A stretch of DNA of 61,792 bases from an uncultured Atopobiaceae bacterium. Its GTDB lineage: Bacteria > Actinomycetota > Coriobacteriia > Coriobacteriales > Atopobiaceae. The stretch spans positions 1 through 61,792 of the forward strand of contig CANPVI010000001.1 in assembly GCA_947581665.1 (NCBI GenBank). Direction: 5' to 3'. The notes under the pieces were generated by a model, which ran no database searches, was not told the DNA's origin, and saw only the letters and a list, made by a program, of their open reading frames with translations. Below, piece by piece: positions 50,716 through 60,287 of this stretch (positions are counted from its first letter, which is position 1; every line of letters begins with the position of its first letter). The position numbers and the translations under genes are program-made.

Positions 50716-51843
50716 ATGGAAGAAAAAAGAACCGCTCTCGTATCCCGCAAGTCATCGAAGACAGGTATCGGTCAGCGGAATCGAGAGCAAATTCGCGAGG
50801 CTTATGCCACGGCAAATCCCAACCTTGAAGTCATACCCGTGAAGGAGACGGTTCAAGCTGCCGGGGTGCCTCGCAAGTTGCGTGTGTGTGGCTATTGCCG
50901 TGTCAGCACGGAAACCGAACAACAGCAGGGTAGCTTTGAGCTACAAGTCCAAGACCAAGAACGGGTGATAAAGGCTAACCCTGCGTGGGAGTTCGCTGGC
51001 ATCTATGCTGACGAGGGCATCTCTGCGACTGGTGTTGAAAAGCGCAAGGAATTCTTGCGGATGATTGACGACTGCAAGAACGGACAAATCGATCTCATTA
51101 TCACGAAGTCCGTTAGCCGTTTCGCTCGTAACCTTGTCGACTGCATTACTTATATCCGCTTGCTGAAAAATCTCTCCCCTCCTGTGGGCATTTACTTTCA
51201 GAACGACAATCTAAATACCCTCGACCAATCGTCCGAGATGATGATTGCCTTCATGTCCTGCATGGCGCAGGAAGAGTCCGCCAAGAAGTCCGAGGCGGTC
51301 AAGTATGGTGTGCGGAAGAAGTTTGCGGTCGGCATTCCTCGGTGTCCGCGTCTGCTCGGCTACGACAAAGACAAGGACGGGAACTACTTCATTGTGGATG
51401 ATGAGGCAAGGGTTGTCAAGTATATTTTCCATTACTACTTGGAGGGGTACTCCTCCATCGCCATTGCCGATTCGCTCACAAGGGCGGGTATCCCCACCAT
51501 CACAGGACAGAGTCCGATTTGGTGTCCGGGGGTGGTTTTAAGTATTCTCCGCAACGAGAAATATTGCGGCGACATCGCCATGCAGAAAACCTTTACCAAG
51601 GACTACCTCACACACAAAGCCGTCAAGAACACGGGACAGGTGCAAGCATACCTGTTGCACAACCACCATCCCCCTATCGTTTCAAAGACTGACTGGCAGC
51701 GTGTCCAAGAGCTGCTCGAAAGTTGGCGGACGAGAGCAAGGCGCAAAACTCGGAAACAGCGGAAGGTCTTTTTGGTCAAGAAAGGTCGGTTCGCCGGGTA
51801 TCTCATCATTGACCCCTCTTGGACAGAAAATTATTTTGAATAA
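50716..51843 (+). CDS. serine recombinase (4th in window) lacking the zinc-ribbon/coiled-coil C-terminal domain
   Basis: ..VCGYCRVSTETEQQQGSFELQ.. catalytic domain plus recombinase domain (..LRNEKYCGD..HHPPIVS..). Ends about 30 aa later at 375 aa. Confidence 0.85.
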   Translation: MEEKRTALVSRKSSKTGIGQRNREQIREAYATANPNLEVIPVKETVQAAGVPRKLRVCGYCRVSTETEQQQGSFELQVQDQERVIKANPAWEFAGIYADEGISATGVEKRKEFLRMIDDCKNGQIDLIITKSVSRFARNLVDCITYIRLLKNLSPPVGIYFQNDNLNTLDQSSEMMIAFMSCMAQEESAKKSEAVKYGVRKKFAVGIPRCPRLLGYDKDKDGNYFIVDDEARVVKYIFHYYLEGYSSIAIADSLTRAGIPTITGQSPIWCPGVVLSILRNEKYCGDIAMQKTFTKDYLTHKAVKNTGQVQAYLLHNHHPPIVSKTDWQRVQELLESWRTRARRKTRKQRKVFLVKKGRFAGYLIIDPSWTENYFE

Positions 51844-51858
51844 GGAGAATTTAACACT

Positions 51859-52290
51859 ATGGCACTCAAAAATTTCCAAGTCATCGAACTCATTTCGAGC
51901 AAGACCAAGGCGGCGATGACCGTCTATTTCGACAGGTTGAAGTTTAACACTCACACGGCTCCCGATCTCGACTACACTCTCTATGTGCAGTTGCTGATGG
52001 ACACCAACGGCAAGAATTTCGCCATCCAAGCCTGCGACAAGGATTCGGTCAATGCCGTTCCCTTCTCGCGTCCCAAGGATTCCAAGCCCTATCCCATCGT
52101 TGTCCGCACCCCGCAAGCCCTCAAGCAGATTCGCACTGCTATGGGATGGGACGATCCGCAAAAATACTATGTCGTGCCGGGACAGAAATTCTATGACGAA
52201 CGGGCAATCGTCTTCAACCTGAACGATGCCGAGGAATATCATGTCACCAAGCGCAAGGGACGGGATTCCGATGGCGAGTCCGAAGACTGA
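51859..52290 (+). CDS. hypothetical 143-aa protein tightly following recombinase 4
   Basis: AAGGAG SD 15 nt after the recombinase stop. MALKNFQVIELISSKTKAAMTVYFDRLKFNTHTAPDL.. Confidence 0.55.
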   Translation: MALKNFQVIELISSKTKAAMTVYFDRLKFNTHTAPDLDYTLYVQLLMDTNGKNFAIQACDKDSVNAVPFSRPKDSKPYPIVVRTPQALKQIRTAMGWDDPQKYYVVPGQKFYDERAIVFNLNDAEEYHVTKRKGRDSDGESED

Positions 52291-52385
52291 GCGCACCAAA
52301 ATGCGGTGACGTGTCCCGCCACCGCTAACCCAACAGGGAGTCGAAGCAATTCGGCTCTCTTATTCATAATGGCTCCGTTGCTCGG

Positions 52386-52414
52386 TAAAGAGAAAAGCGA
52401 CCTTGTCGGTCGCT
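52386..52414 (-). terminator. rho-independent terminator ending the methylase/GHKL/helicase operon
   Basis: Minus strand reads GAGCGACC-gacaa-GGTCGCT followed by TTTTCTCTTT. Confidence 0.65.
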
Positions 52415-52418
52415 CATC

Positions 52419-52991
52419 TTATGCGTTGATTATTACGATTTTGACATCGACAAGCCCCAAGGTTTTTCGTAAATTCTCCCTCTCGCTGTCCGTCAATAGC
52501 CTACCCGTATTTGACAAAAATAGATACATCTTAACTTGCATCGTTTCTTGTTCGGTGTCAATCAAGGCTCTTTTTTCTAACACTTTCCTCAATGCTGATT
52601 CCCATTTTAACACCGTTCCCTTTGCGGCAAATATAATCACCCCATCTGTTTCCGTAATGAAGGTTACGACTTGGTTCTTATCCGTTTGCAAGAGCAATGG
52701 TCCCTCTCGTCTTTCGAGCTCATATTGAACCTTTTCTGTAGAAAGCAATTCACCATTTTTCTTTTTTGCATACTTCCCTATAATGCAGTCTTTAATGTAT
52801 GTGCGAACCTTGTCCTTTCTCATATATTGAGCAAGGACTCCGCCTATTTGCGGATCTGCCGCCATCTCATCAAGCATTACTGTGCTATTAAAAAGGCCTT
52901 GGGAAAAGTATCCCTCCTCTTCCAATTGCTCCCTAATTCTGCTAACCAACTGCGCCTTAACTGCAGGGGGTATAACCACACGATTGCCCAT
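52419..52991 (-). CDS. hypothetical 190-aa protein, 4th gene of the methylase/GHKL/helicase operon
   Basis: The ATG overlaps the helicase stop (TAATG). No motif recognised. Confidence 0.6.
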   Translation of the reverse strand: MGNRVVIPPAVKAQLVSRIREQLEEEGYFSQGLFNSTVMLDEMAADPQIGGVLAQYMRKDKVRTYIKDCIIGKYAKKKNGELLSTEKVQYELERREGPLLLQTDKNQVVTFITETDGVIIFAAKGTVLKWESALRKVLEKRALIDTEQETMQVKMYLFLSNTGRLLTDSERENLRKTLGLVDVKIVIINA

Positions 52992-54649
52992 TAAAAATCC
53001 TCCGGGAACGATAATTTTTCGTTTTCATCGCAGTTCGCCACATCAGCGATGTCTGCCAACCATTCCATCATAAAGCTGCCTACTTTTTGGTCACTAAACG
53101 AAACAAGTCCGTTGCGAATATACATTGTTTCTGAGTCCAAGCACTTCTCCCTTGCCTCTTTATCCATTTGGATGACCTCTGCAATTCGTCTTATATCGGA
53201 TACAAAGTCGAGGACGATCACGCTCTTTTTTGTAGGACTTATTCTCAATCCGCGGCCTAACTGTTGTACAAAAATTCTTCTTGAATGTGTCGCCCGAAGA
53301 AAAACCAAAATGTTCACATCGGGGACATCTATCCCTTCATTTAAGACGTCGACTGCAGTAACGGCTTGGATTTTCCCTGCTGAAAAATCCATAAGGTTTT
53401 TTCTGCGGGTAAATTTATCCATTCCCGACAAGGAAGCACACGGGATGCCTGATACGGTCAAGAGTTTGGCAAACTTCTCCCCATGTTCAATGGATGGCGT
53501 AAAAATAATAATGCGTGGATTCGCTACTTCCTTGCAGGTCTGATGGATTTGAGAAATTATTGCCTCATCTCGCTGCGGAAGGAAAAGTCGCTTATTGAGG
53601 TCGCGTATACTATGCTTTTTGCTCGATGTTTCGTGAACGAAGTTCCAGTCTATATTGTCACAAAAAAGTCGATAGTCGATATCCGCAAGGTACTTGTCGC
53701 GCATTCCATCGACCAAGGAAACGGTGGCAATAGGCTCACCGAATATATCGCTCATCGACTTACCATCTCCCCGCCATGGGGTTGCAGTCATGCCAATTAA
53801 AAAATTCGGACTTAACGCCGAAAGGCACGATGCAAAACCATTAGCCAATGCGTGATGAGCTTCATCCACAATTACGACATCAAAGTCTTTTTCCTCTATG
53901 CCATTCAAGTAATTTGTGAATGTTTGATACAGCCCAAAATTGATGCCATCATAAATTAGCGGGGGATGTCCGCCAAAAAATGTCCGCGTTGGCACGTCTT
54001 TTGATATTTCCTTCCAAAAACTTTGCTCCAACTGCAATGCCAAATCTTGCGCATGGCATAAAACCAAGAACTTTCTGTTGCCCATTGACCATAGATAATT
54101 CGTCATACGGGCTGCTATCACCGTCTTCCCCAACCCTGTAGCAACAATATATAATGCCCGTTTGCCATGGTTCTCGTAAATGCTTTTGGCTTTGTTAACT
54201 ATATCTTCTTGATACGGACGCAACGGCCTCAATGCCTTAAATTCTGGCAACTGCGCAAGAAAATCCAACAAAAATCTGCCATTCCAGAGCTTCAATTCAA
54301 ATCCTTGCGCCTGCAACTCTCTTTGTCTTTTCCGTGCGCTTTCGGTGAAATCCACATTTGTGGCCACTACCGCTACACTCGCTCCGTAAACAGACATGGC
54401 AGTCATAACTTCCCTAACCGCTGTTGCGCCAACCATTTCGCCCATTGTCTTGGCTTTTACTTGGACCACCCATGTTTGTTTTCGCCCATTGAGTTTGCGC
54501 ACTCCTATGATGTCGGCTCCCATGTCACCCGTCTCACCAACGACTTCGACATTATCCCATCCAGCCAATATCATAAGCCGAGCGACCGCTCTTTCAAGCG
54601 CACGCCAATCGGTCCCTTTCATTATATTGTCAGTTAAAAAATATGCCAT
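52991..54649 (-). CDS. Mrr-type restriction endonuclease domain fused to a DEAD/DEAH-box (ResIII-like) SF2 helicase
   Basis: N-terminus ..GDMGADIIGV..WVVQVKAK.. (PD-(D/E)xK). Motif I is ATGLGKT, motif II VIVDEAHH, motif III TATPWR, plus a helicase-C region. Confidence 0.85.
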   Translation of the reverse strand: MAYFLTDNIMKGTDWRALERAVARLMILAGWDNVEVVGETGDMGADIIGVRKLNGRKQTWVVQVKAKTMGEMVGATAVREVMTAMSVYGASVAVVATNVDFTESARKRQRELQAQGFELKLWNGRFLLDFLAQLPEFKALRPLRPYQEDIVNKAKSIYENHGKRALYIVATGLGKTVIAARMTNYLWSMGNRKFLVLCHAQDLALQLEQSFWKEISKDVPTRTFFGGHPPLIYDGINFGLYQTFTNYLNGIEEKDFDVVIVDEAHHALANGFASCLSALSPNFLIGMTATPWRGDGKSMSDIFGEPIATVSLVDGMRDKYLADIDYRLFCDNIDWNFVHETSSKKHSIRDLNKRLFLPQRDEAIISQIHQTCKEVANPRIIIFTPSIEHGEKFAKLLTVSGIPCASLSGMDKFTRRKNLMDFSAGKIQAVTAVDVLNEGIDVPDVNILVFLRATHSRRIFVQQLGRGLRISPTKKSVIVLDFVSDIRRIAEVIQMDKEAREKCLDSETMYIRNGLVSFSDQKVGSFMMEWLADIADVANCDENEKLSFPEDF

Positions 54650-56991
54650 TATATCAACTCCCCTTTAAGGGTTGCAATGCTCCAAGCGCATTTCGTCATT
54701 TCATTTTTTGATAATCGCGCACTTTTTTCGCCTTGAACCAAAAGTGCATCTTTAAGCATTGATATGATCCTTTCTTTAGATTCGGCCTTGATGCGCTCCA
54801 TCGAATCTGCATTGCCCGTATTCGGCAAGGTGTTGTACTTCGCTCTGAACACTTTGCCATCAAACACATCGTCGGGGAACCTATCAACAAGCCTGATTAG
54901 TGTATTCAAGGGGACATATTGAATAATTCCGATAGATTCTGCCGTCCCTTCGTTATATGCCGTCAACAAATCTGGCTCCGTCAATAAAGCCGTTATTGTC
55001 GCCTCTTCTTCCCCTACGGATTCTTTGAGACAAGCAATAACTTCCTCATATTTATGCGCAAGAGCTGCCCCAAGACGTTCTTTGAATTCATCAAAAAACA
55101 TGGTCGCTTGCTCATTCAGCGAACTCTTATCGACTCTCATGTCTTTTAACTCTGATACGGTCAGTGCGCTATAGATGGATACAATATCCCCCACGCTATC
55201 CCGTGCTGCGAACTTGTTGGCGAGATATATCATCAGCAGGCTTTCGGGGTTGCACGACGGGAACTGAGCCAAAAGTTCATGTCGAGGATCGTAGAAGAAA
55301 TCGCATTCTATGCCATCGGAGAAAAACGCCGCTGGCACACGCTTCCCATTGTACCGAATAATCTCCGTTTTCATCTTATGAGCTCTAACATTCAATGGGT
55401 AGGGGTTGTATGCATATTGACGGGAGAGGAGAGCATTTTCCTCAGACCCTCTCAACAACTCATCACAAGTTGAAGAAGCCGTTTGTGACGGAACGGCTTT
55501 GTGGTGTTCTTCTTCGGGTGCAGCTTGAGGCTCTACATCTGCGCCCTCTTCGCCAAAGTAAGAACTCACATCATCAGAGGGAGCGTCGCCGACATCAACA
55601 TCGCCTGCATCTCCTGCGCCGAATGTCCCTATCTCTCGGTCTGCCTCCCTTACTGCTTGATACCATTTTTCATCGGAAATATAGTCGGCATCACCCTTAT
55701 AGAACCTGTCGGCAAACGCTTTTGCCACATCCTTAGGCAATACCAAATTCTTACTCCCTTTGTCTGGACGGCGATATGCTGTCGCAAGGATACCAACGGG
55801 GGATTCATTTTTATCCGCATAGCCGTATGCTTTTCTTGCTGTCGGGAGAATAGGACCTTGTCCGCGAATCGCCTCCATGGTCTGTATCCATGACAAATCC
55901 GTTCTTACGAAATCATTTTTTTGATATGTCGGCAAAAGGTAGTCGACCTCTACGACGCCCACTATTCTACCGCCAACCGTTGAACCCAATTCCACAGGAT
56001 ACTGAATGGTCGAGCTTCCCGTTGCACCATCTTCAAAATAAAATGCATCCTTGTTCGCAATCAGAATTTTCCGTCCATTTCGCACGAAATCTATGCCATA
56101 ATCATTTGTCGAAAAATAGCGTTGTATCCCAACCCATCCTTTGAGACGCTTTTGTCTTTTTACTATATTGGGCGGCAACGGCTCACCCCTTGACACGGCG
56201 ATTTCTATCTCATCCTCTTGCTCAGGCGAAAGATACCTGTTCCGCTCCATATCAAAATAGGTTTCGCCTAAAACCCTATCAATTTTTTGAACGGCATAAA
56301 CCCTTTGTCCATCCCTTATGACATACCGCTCAGGGGACCATACGCAATATTTTTTGGGTACGAGCCTTCTGCCCTGCACATAAATTTCGATATTGTGTTT
56401 CTCAAGCAGAAGTGAATATACATTTTCGAGCTGCCTGCGAATAGCAGCCGTCTTTGTCGAAATATCGTTATAAATACCGTTGTTGAGTTTTGAGATGATT
56501 ATTTTGGTCCCGTGTTCGGAAATGTCGTCTTTTTCCTTATAAACCACGGGAGTCTTAAATGATTTTTGCGATATCAATTGACTGAAATCTATCTCGACTC
56601 CTACCCATTTATCATCCCCTGCTCTGGTAGTAAATATTGTAGATTTATCTCCCAAGCGGGCTGTCGCAATATTATAGCCCATCCCAAAAAGACCCAAATT
56701 ATTGATTGGATCGTTGCCAGAATACCCTGCTTTGACAGCATTCGTCATTTGTTCAAGTGTCATCCCGCAGGCATTATCTATTATTTCAATGGTTCTCTCT
56801 TTGAGCCCCACTCGTTCGGGCGACCAAATAATTTGGATCCTACGATCATCCCTGTCTGCATCATTTGCAAGGAACGCATCCACGGAATTATCAATGAGTT
56901 CAGCAAAGCATTGCCACGGCGAGAAGGGGATCTCTCCCAACATCCTTAACGTTCTGGGGGTAGGTGTAATATCTACAAACGAATCAGCCAT
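54649..56991 (-). CDS. GHKL-superfamily ATPase (HATPase_c_3 / MORC-MutL-like) with a long uncharacterised C-terminal region
   Basis: N box ..FAELIDNSVDA.., G1 ..IDNACGM.., G2 ..GLFGMGYN... 780 aa. The stop overlaps the helicase ATG. Confidence 0.8.
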   Translation of the reverse strand: MADSFVDITPTPRTLRMLGEIPFSPWQCFAELIDNSVDAFLANDADRDDRRIQIIWSPERVGLKERTIEIIDNACGMTLEQMTNAVKAGYSGNDPINNLGLFGMGYNIATARLGDKSTIFTTRAGDDKWVGVEIDFSQLISQKSFKTPVVYKEKDDISEHGTKIIISKLNNGIYNDISTKTAAIRRQLENVYSLLLEKHNIEIYVQGRRLVPKKYCVWSPERYVIRDGQRVYAVQKIDRVLGETYFDMERNRYLSPEQEDEIEIAVSRGEPLPPNIVKRQKRLKGWVGIQRYFSTNDYGIDFVRNGRKILIANKDAFYFEDGATGSSTIQYPVELGSTVGGRIVGVVEVDYLLPTYQKNDFVRTDLSWIQTMEAIRGQGPILPTARKAYGYADKNESPVGILATAYRRPDKGSKNLVLPKDVAKAFADRFYKGDADYISDEKWYQAVREADREIGTFGAGDAGDVDVGDAPSDDVSSYFGEEGADVEPQAAPEEEHHKAVPSQTASSTCDELLRGSEENALLSRQYAYNPYPLNVRAHKMKTEIIRYNGKRVPAAFFSDGIECDFFYDPRHELLAQFPSCNPESLLMIYLANKFAARDSVGDIVSIYSALTVSELKDMRVDKSSLNEQATMFFDEFKERLGAALAHKYEEVIACLKESVGEEEATITALLTEPDLLTAYNEGTAESIGIIQYVPLNTLIRLVDRFPDDVFDGKVFRAKYNTLPNTGNADSMERIKAESKERIISMLKDALLVQGEKSARLSKNEMTKCAWSIATLKGELI

Positions 56992-57009
56992 ATTGATATC
57001 TCCTTTCGG

Positions 57010-57966
57010 TTATGCCTTAAAATATTCTTCGATTGAACAGCCCACTTTATATGCCAATAGCGGAGGGACCGCATTCCCAATCTGTCGCATATTTCGCGTT
57101 AAGCTATGGCGAAAAACGAATGTGTCTGGAAATGTTTGAATCCTTGCGCACTCTCTTACGGTCAGTCGGCGTGGCAACTCATAATGAAACTGTATATGAG
57201 AGCGCGAATTGGCTCTGACAGTATAGGCGGGCTCATCTCGCTTACTCACCTCATCGCCTTGGACACCGATGCCGGGGGTTTTGTTTGCCTTGAAATATTG
57301 GCTCTGATTCGGTATGCTTTCATCGGTCACATCGATCAAGTCGCCAATTGCCCATTCGATTGATTTGACATCCTCGCTTTCTGCAGGGCGAACGGGAAAA
57401 CCTTTTTTCTCAAATATGTCATCCCTAACGCCAATTATAATAATCCTCATTCGCATTTGTGGAACACCGAACTTTTTACAAGGCATTTGCCATATCGTAA
57501 AATGATATCCTTCGGCCTCAAAGTCGGACAGGATTTGTTTAAGGACTTCACCCTTCTTCATGTTCAATAAATTATATACATTTTCACCAATAACCATTTT
57601 AGGTTTGTGAAATTGCATATACCGCTTCATCGCCAGATAAAGTCTTCCGCGTTCTGAATTCAGTCCCAAAAGTGGACCGCATAACGAGAAGTCTTGGCAA
57701 GGAAAACCGCCTGCTAAGATATCCGCATACGGCATCTTGGAAACATCTGCGATGCCTAAATCCTTTTGTTCCGCCACCTTATGTATGTTGTCATTATATG
57801 TCTGCACACACAGCGGATCAAAATCATAGGCGGCAATGACATTAAAAGGCAACTTACTGTAGGTTTCGCCCTTATATTCAAATCCGCCTTGGAAGCCGAG
57901 GTCGAATCCACCGCACCCGCAGAAAAATGAAATTACAGAATATTCGGTCTGTTTCTTTTGAGCCAT
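57010..57966 (-). CDS. DNA (cytosine-5)-methyltransferase
   Basis: FFCGCGGFDLG (I), GFPCQDFS (IV), ENV (VI), QMRMR (VIII), LTVRECARIQTFPD (IX), GNAVPP (X). Confidence 0.9.
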   Translation of the reverse strand: MAQKKQTEYSVISFFCGCGGFDLGFQGGFEYKGETYSKLPFNVIAAYDFDPLCVQTYNDNIHKVAEQKDLGIADVSKMPYADILAGGFPCQDFSLCGPLLGLNSERGRLYLAMKRYMQFHKPKMVIGENVYNLLNMKKGEVLKQILSDFEAEGYHFTIWQMPCKKFGVPQMRMRIIIIGVRDDIFEKKGFPVRPAESEDVKSIEWAIGDLIDVTDESIPNQSQYFKANKTPGIGVQGDEVSKRDEPAYTVRANSRSHIQFHYELPRRLTVRECARIQTFPDTFVFRHSLTRNMRQIGNAVPPLLAYKVGCSIEEYFKA

Positions 57967-58155
57967 GTTTACCTCATTTAATTCGGTAGTATCATAATTG
58001 CGATGAATACTCCCTTGATTATGCTGAAAGCATACGAGTTTATTTTACCATAAAAACGCCGAAATAGCAATAGATTAGCCCCTGTCAAATGGAATTTAGC
58101 ACCCATTTTCTCCGATAAAGGTCTTGCTCATCAGCGCATGATTACTCCTATGCTC

Positions 58156-58812
58156 TCAAAATGCTTGTCCCCTTGGCAAAGACATAATGTATTTTCTCAC
58201 GGCCTCACTCATTATATTGGTTACCGTGACCGCAGTTCTATTGTTTACTATAATGGCTGCTGTGGTTTTGTCATCATCGGATCCGACCGCAATTTTCCCA
58301 TGTATAACCATGGGTTCTCCTGCCTTTAGCGTGGCAAGTTGGTCAAAATTCGAGAAATGGATCCCATTGCAAGCCCAATCGTAAAATTCATCAAACTTCT
58401 CAAAGTCCTCTGCGACCTTCTTTTTTACGGCTCCATCCCTCAGAGATTCTCCGCTTTCTGCATTACCATAATTCAATTTTTGTTTCCTCAGTACACGCAA
58501 TAAGAACTGGTCTGCGCCCAACAATTTCACTCTATATGCCGTCATGGGAAGGTCGGCGAGCATCCGCATAAGAGCGGTTTGAACAATTATATTCCCCTTT
58601 TTTGCGGCATCAGCGATTGCATCCAAAATGTTTACGGCTCGGTTAAAAAGCATAAGTATTGTAAAAGTCCGAGCATAAATTGTAAACCCATCTGCTACAG
58701 CAATTTGCGCAAATTGACCAATTATGTCCTTTTTCCTCTCTTCAATTTTATCGATGGAATCGGCAAGCGCAAGCTGCAATTTTTGGGACACATCCCTATC
58801 ATTCTCTGCCAT
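58156..58812 (-). CDS. hypothetical 218-aa protein (last gene of the WYL-headed operon)
   Basis: Starts 14 nt after the upstream stop. Composition suggests a mostly helical protein. No motif recognised. Confidence 0.6.
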   Translation of the reverse strand: MAENDRDVSQKLQLALADSIDKIEERKKDIIGQFAQIAVADGFTIYARTFTILMLFNRAVNILDAIADAAKKGNIIVQTALMRMLADLPMTAYRVKLLGADQFLLRVLRKQKLNYGNAESGESLRDGAVKKKVAEDFEKFDEFYDWACNGIHFSNFDQLATLKAGEPMVIHGKIAVGSDDDKTTAAIIVNNRTAVTVTNIMSEAVRKYIMSLPRGQAF

Positions 58813-58825
58813 TCAGTCCACCCTC

Positions 58826-59617
58826 TCAATCCAAATGACCATGATACTTTACCTTGTCTGCGCCAAGATCCCTTAACGCCTTCTCTATTATCCGTGACTT
58901 GACATCCATTATATACTTGGTTGTCCCAAGCGTGTCTGGGGTGAGAACATACCACTTGCCGTCAAACTTGAATGTAAAATATACATCGTCGACCTCATAT
59001 TCTTGCTCCATTTCCAACCCATAGAACGCATCGGCAAGCGTTTGCAAGGCCTCCCCAACGGCATTGGGCAAGACGGTCCCGTCCTGAATAACAATGAGTC
59101 CGTCATCTTCATCCGATTCCACGGCTTGTGGGACATAGAGCTTTGTGCTGAACATCTCGCCCAAAACACCATAAAAATTCAAAAATTCAGTCAGCGAATC
59201 TATGAATTGAGGATAATCCTTGGGTAGTTCGGTTTCGTTAAAATGGCCGCTGACTTTTCGTTCGCTTCCATCATCGAATAGCACAGTCACTTTGTACTTA
59301 CGGATATCTTGCGAGTCGCCATCGTCCGCTGCTTTGAAGTCGGCATCCATTGCAAAGAGGGTTTTAGCGTCAAAGCGGTCAAGAAAATCTGACACAGCTT
59401 CTGCCGAATGATACTTTAAGGTCAGCCCACACTCTTCTGCCATTTTTCGAGATATCGTTACCACTTCGGTCTGGCGGTCAATGACGATTTTTTCCTTGTT
59501 ATCCCAACGGATAATCATCGGCCCCTCTTGATTGGGAATCGGATTATCCTCTCTCACGATGGTAACCGTGTGCTTGAAATTAAAGGTGATTTTTTGTATA
59601 ATTCTCTTTTTTCTCAT
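58826..59617 (-). CDS. hypothetical 263-aa protein
   Basis: ATGA overlap with the upstream gene. No motif recognised. Confidence 0.6.
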   Translation of the reverse strand: MRKKRIIQKITFNFKHTVTIVREDNPIPNQEGPMIIRWDNKEKIVIDRQTEVVTISRKMAEECGLTLKYHSAEAVSDFLDRFDAKTLFAMDADFKAADDGDSQDIRKYKVTVLFDDGSERKVSGHFNETELPKDYPQFIDSLTEFLNFYGVLGEMFSTKLYVPQAVESDEDDGLIVIQDGTVLPNAVGEALQTLADAFYGLEMEQEYEVDDVYFTFKFDGKWYVLTPDTLGTTKYIMDVKSRIIEKALRDLGADKVKYHGHLD

Positions 59618-59916
59618 CCTTTTTCCCTTGTTCTCGCTTCGGCAAGCAGTATATCAAGCCGTGCTGCGATGCGATTTTCCTTTTCATTCAGCTTTTCAAT
59701 ATCAAATTCAAGGGCCTTGCGCTCATTCTGCAAAGCCTTGTATTGTTTGCCGCCGGGGGTTGCAAGGATCGTATCCACTATCCTGCCCTGCTTTTTCAAA
59801 AGTGTTTCCCTTTGGCGGCTGACAGCCAACCGTTGTGCAAGGAGATCGTCAGTCCTCTCTCCTAACTGTTTGTCGGTCCACCGACGCATTCTCTTTTTAT
59901 AAAGCCACTTTATCAT
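59614..59916 (-). CDS. hypothetical 100-aa basic coiled-coil protein
   Basis: MIKWLYKKRMRRWTDKQLGERTDDLLAQRLAVSRQRETLLKK.. Confidence 0.55.
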   Translation of the reverse strand: MIKWLYKKRMRRWTDKQLGERTDDLLAQRLAVSRQRETLLKKQGRIVDTILATPGGKQYKALQNERKALEFDIEKLNEKENRIAARLDILLAEARTREKG

Positions 59917-59925
59917 CTGCGCAAA

Positions 59926-60276
59926 CTACTCTTCGACTCTCTCGTAGCCGTTTGTCAAGAGTTCTTCTACCCATTCCTCAAAGGTAGAGAAGTCCTTCTT
60001 GCTCCACTCGTACTCAATGGTAACCGTTTGGTTCTTTGCCACGAGTTTCCACTTATTGGCGGTTTCCCTTGCTTGGAAGAGAATATCGCCCATTTTGAAC
60101 GTGCCTCTGTCCGAGTTGGTTGTCTTTACGACTACTTCTACTTTTGTCATCTCTTTATCCTCCATATATTTGTCATATTGTTTTGCGGTCATGCAGACTG
60201 GCCCTTTCTCCGTTTCCACTCGCATAATGAAGTCATCATCGGACACGGTGTCTGGCTCTAAAAATTCATGTTTCAT
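59926..60276 (-). CDS. hypothetical 116-aa protein
   Basis: Start set to ATG 60276 (AAGGGGTGGAG SD), 11 nt after the WYL gene stop. MKHEFLEPDTVSDDDFIMRVETEKGPVCMTAKQY.. Confidence 0.6.
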   Translation of the reverse strand: MKHEFLEPDTVSDDDFIMRVETEKGPVCMTAKQYDKYMEDKEMTKVEVVVKTTNSDRGTFKMGDILFQARETANKWKLVAKNQTVTIEYEWSKKDFSTFEEWVEELLTNGYERVEE

Positions 60277-60287
60277 CGCTCCACCCC

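Noticed and set aside
50716-51843. Assigning recombinase 4 as the integrase responsible for the 1914..61717 insertion
   Set aside because: It lacks the zinc-ribbon/coiled-coil domain and lies about 10 kb from the right junction. The three full-length recombinases abut the left junction and are the more likely integrases. The question cannot be settled from sequence alone.
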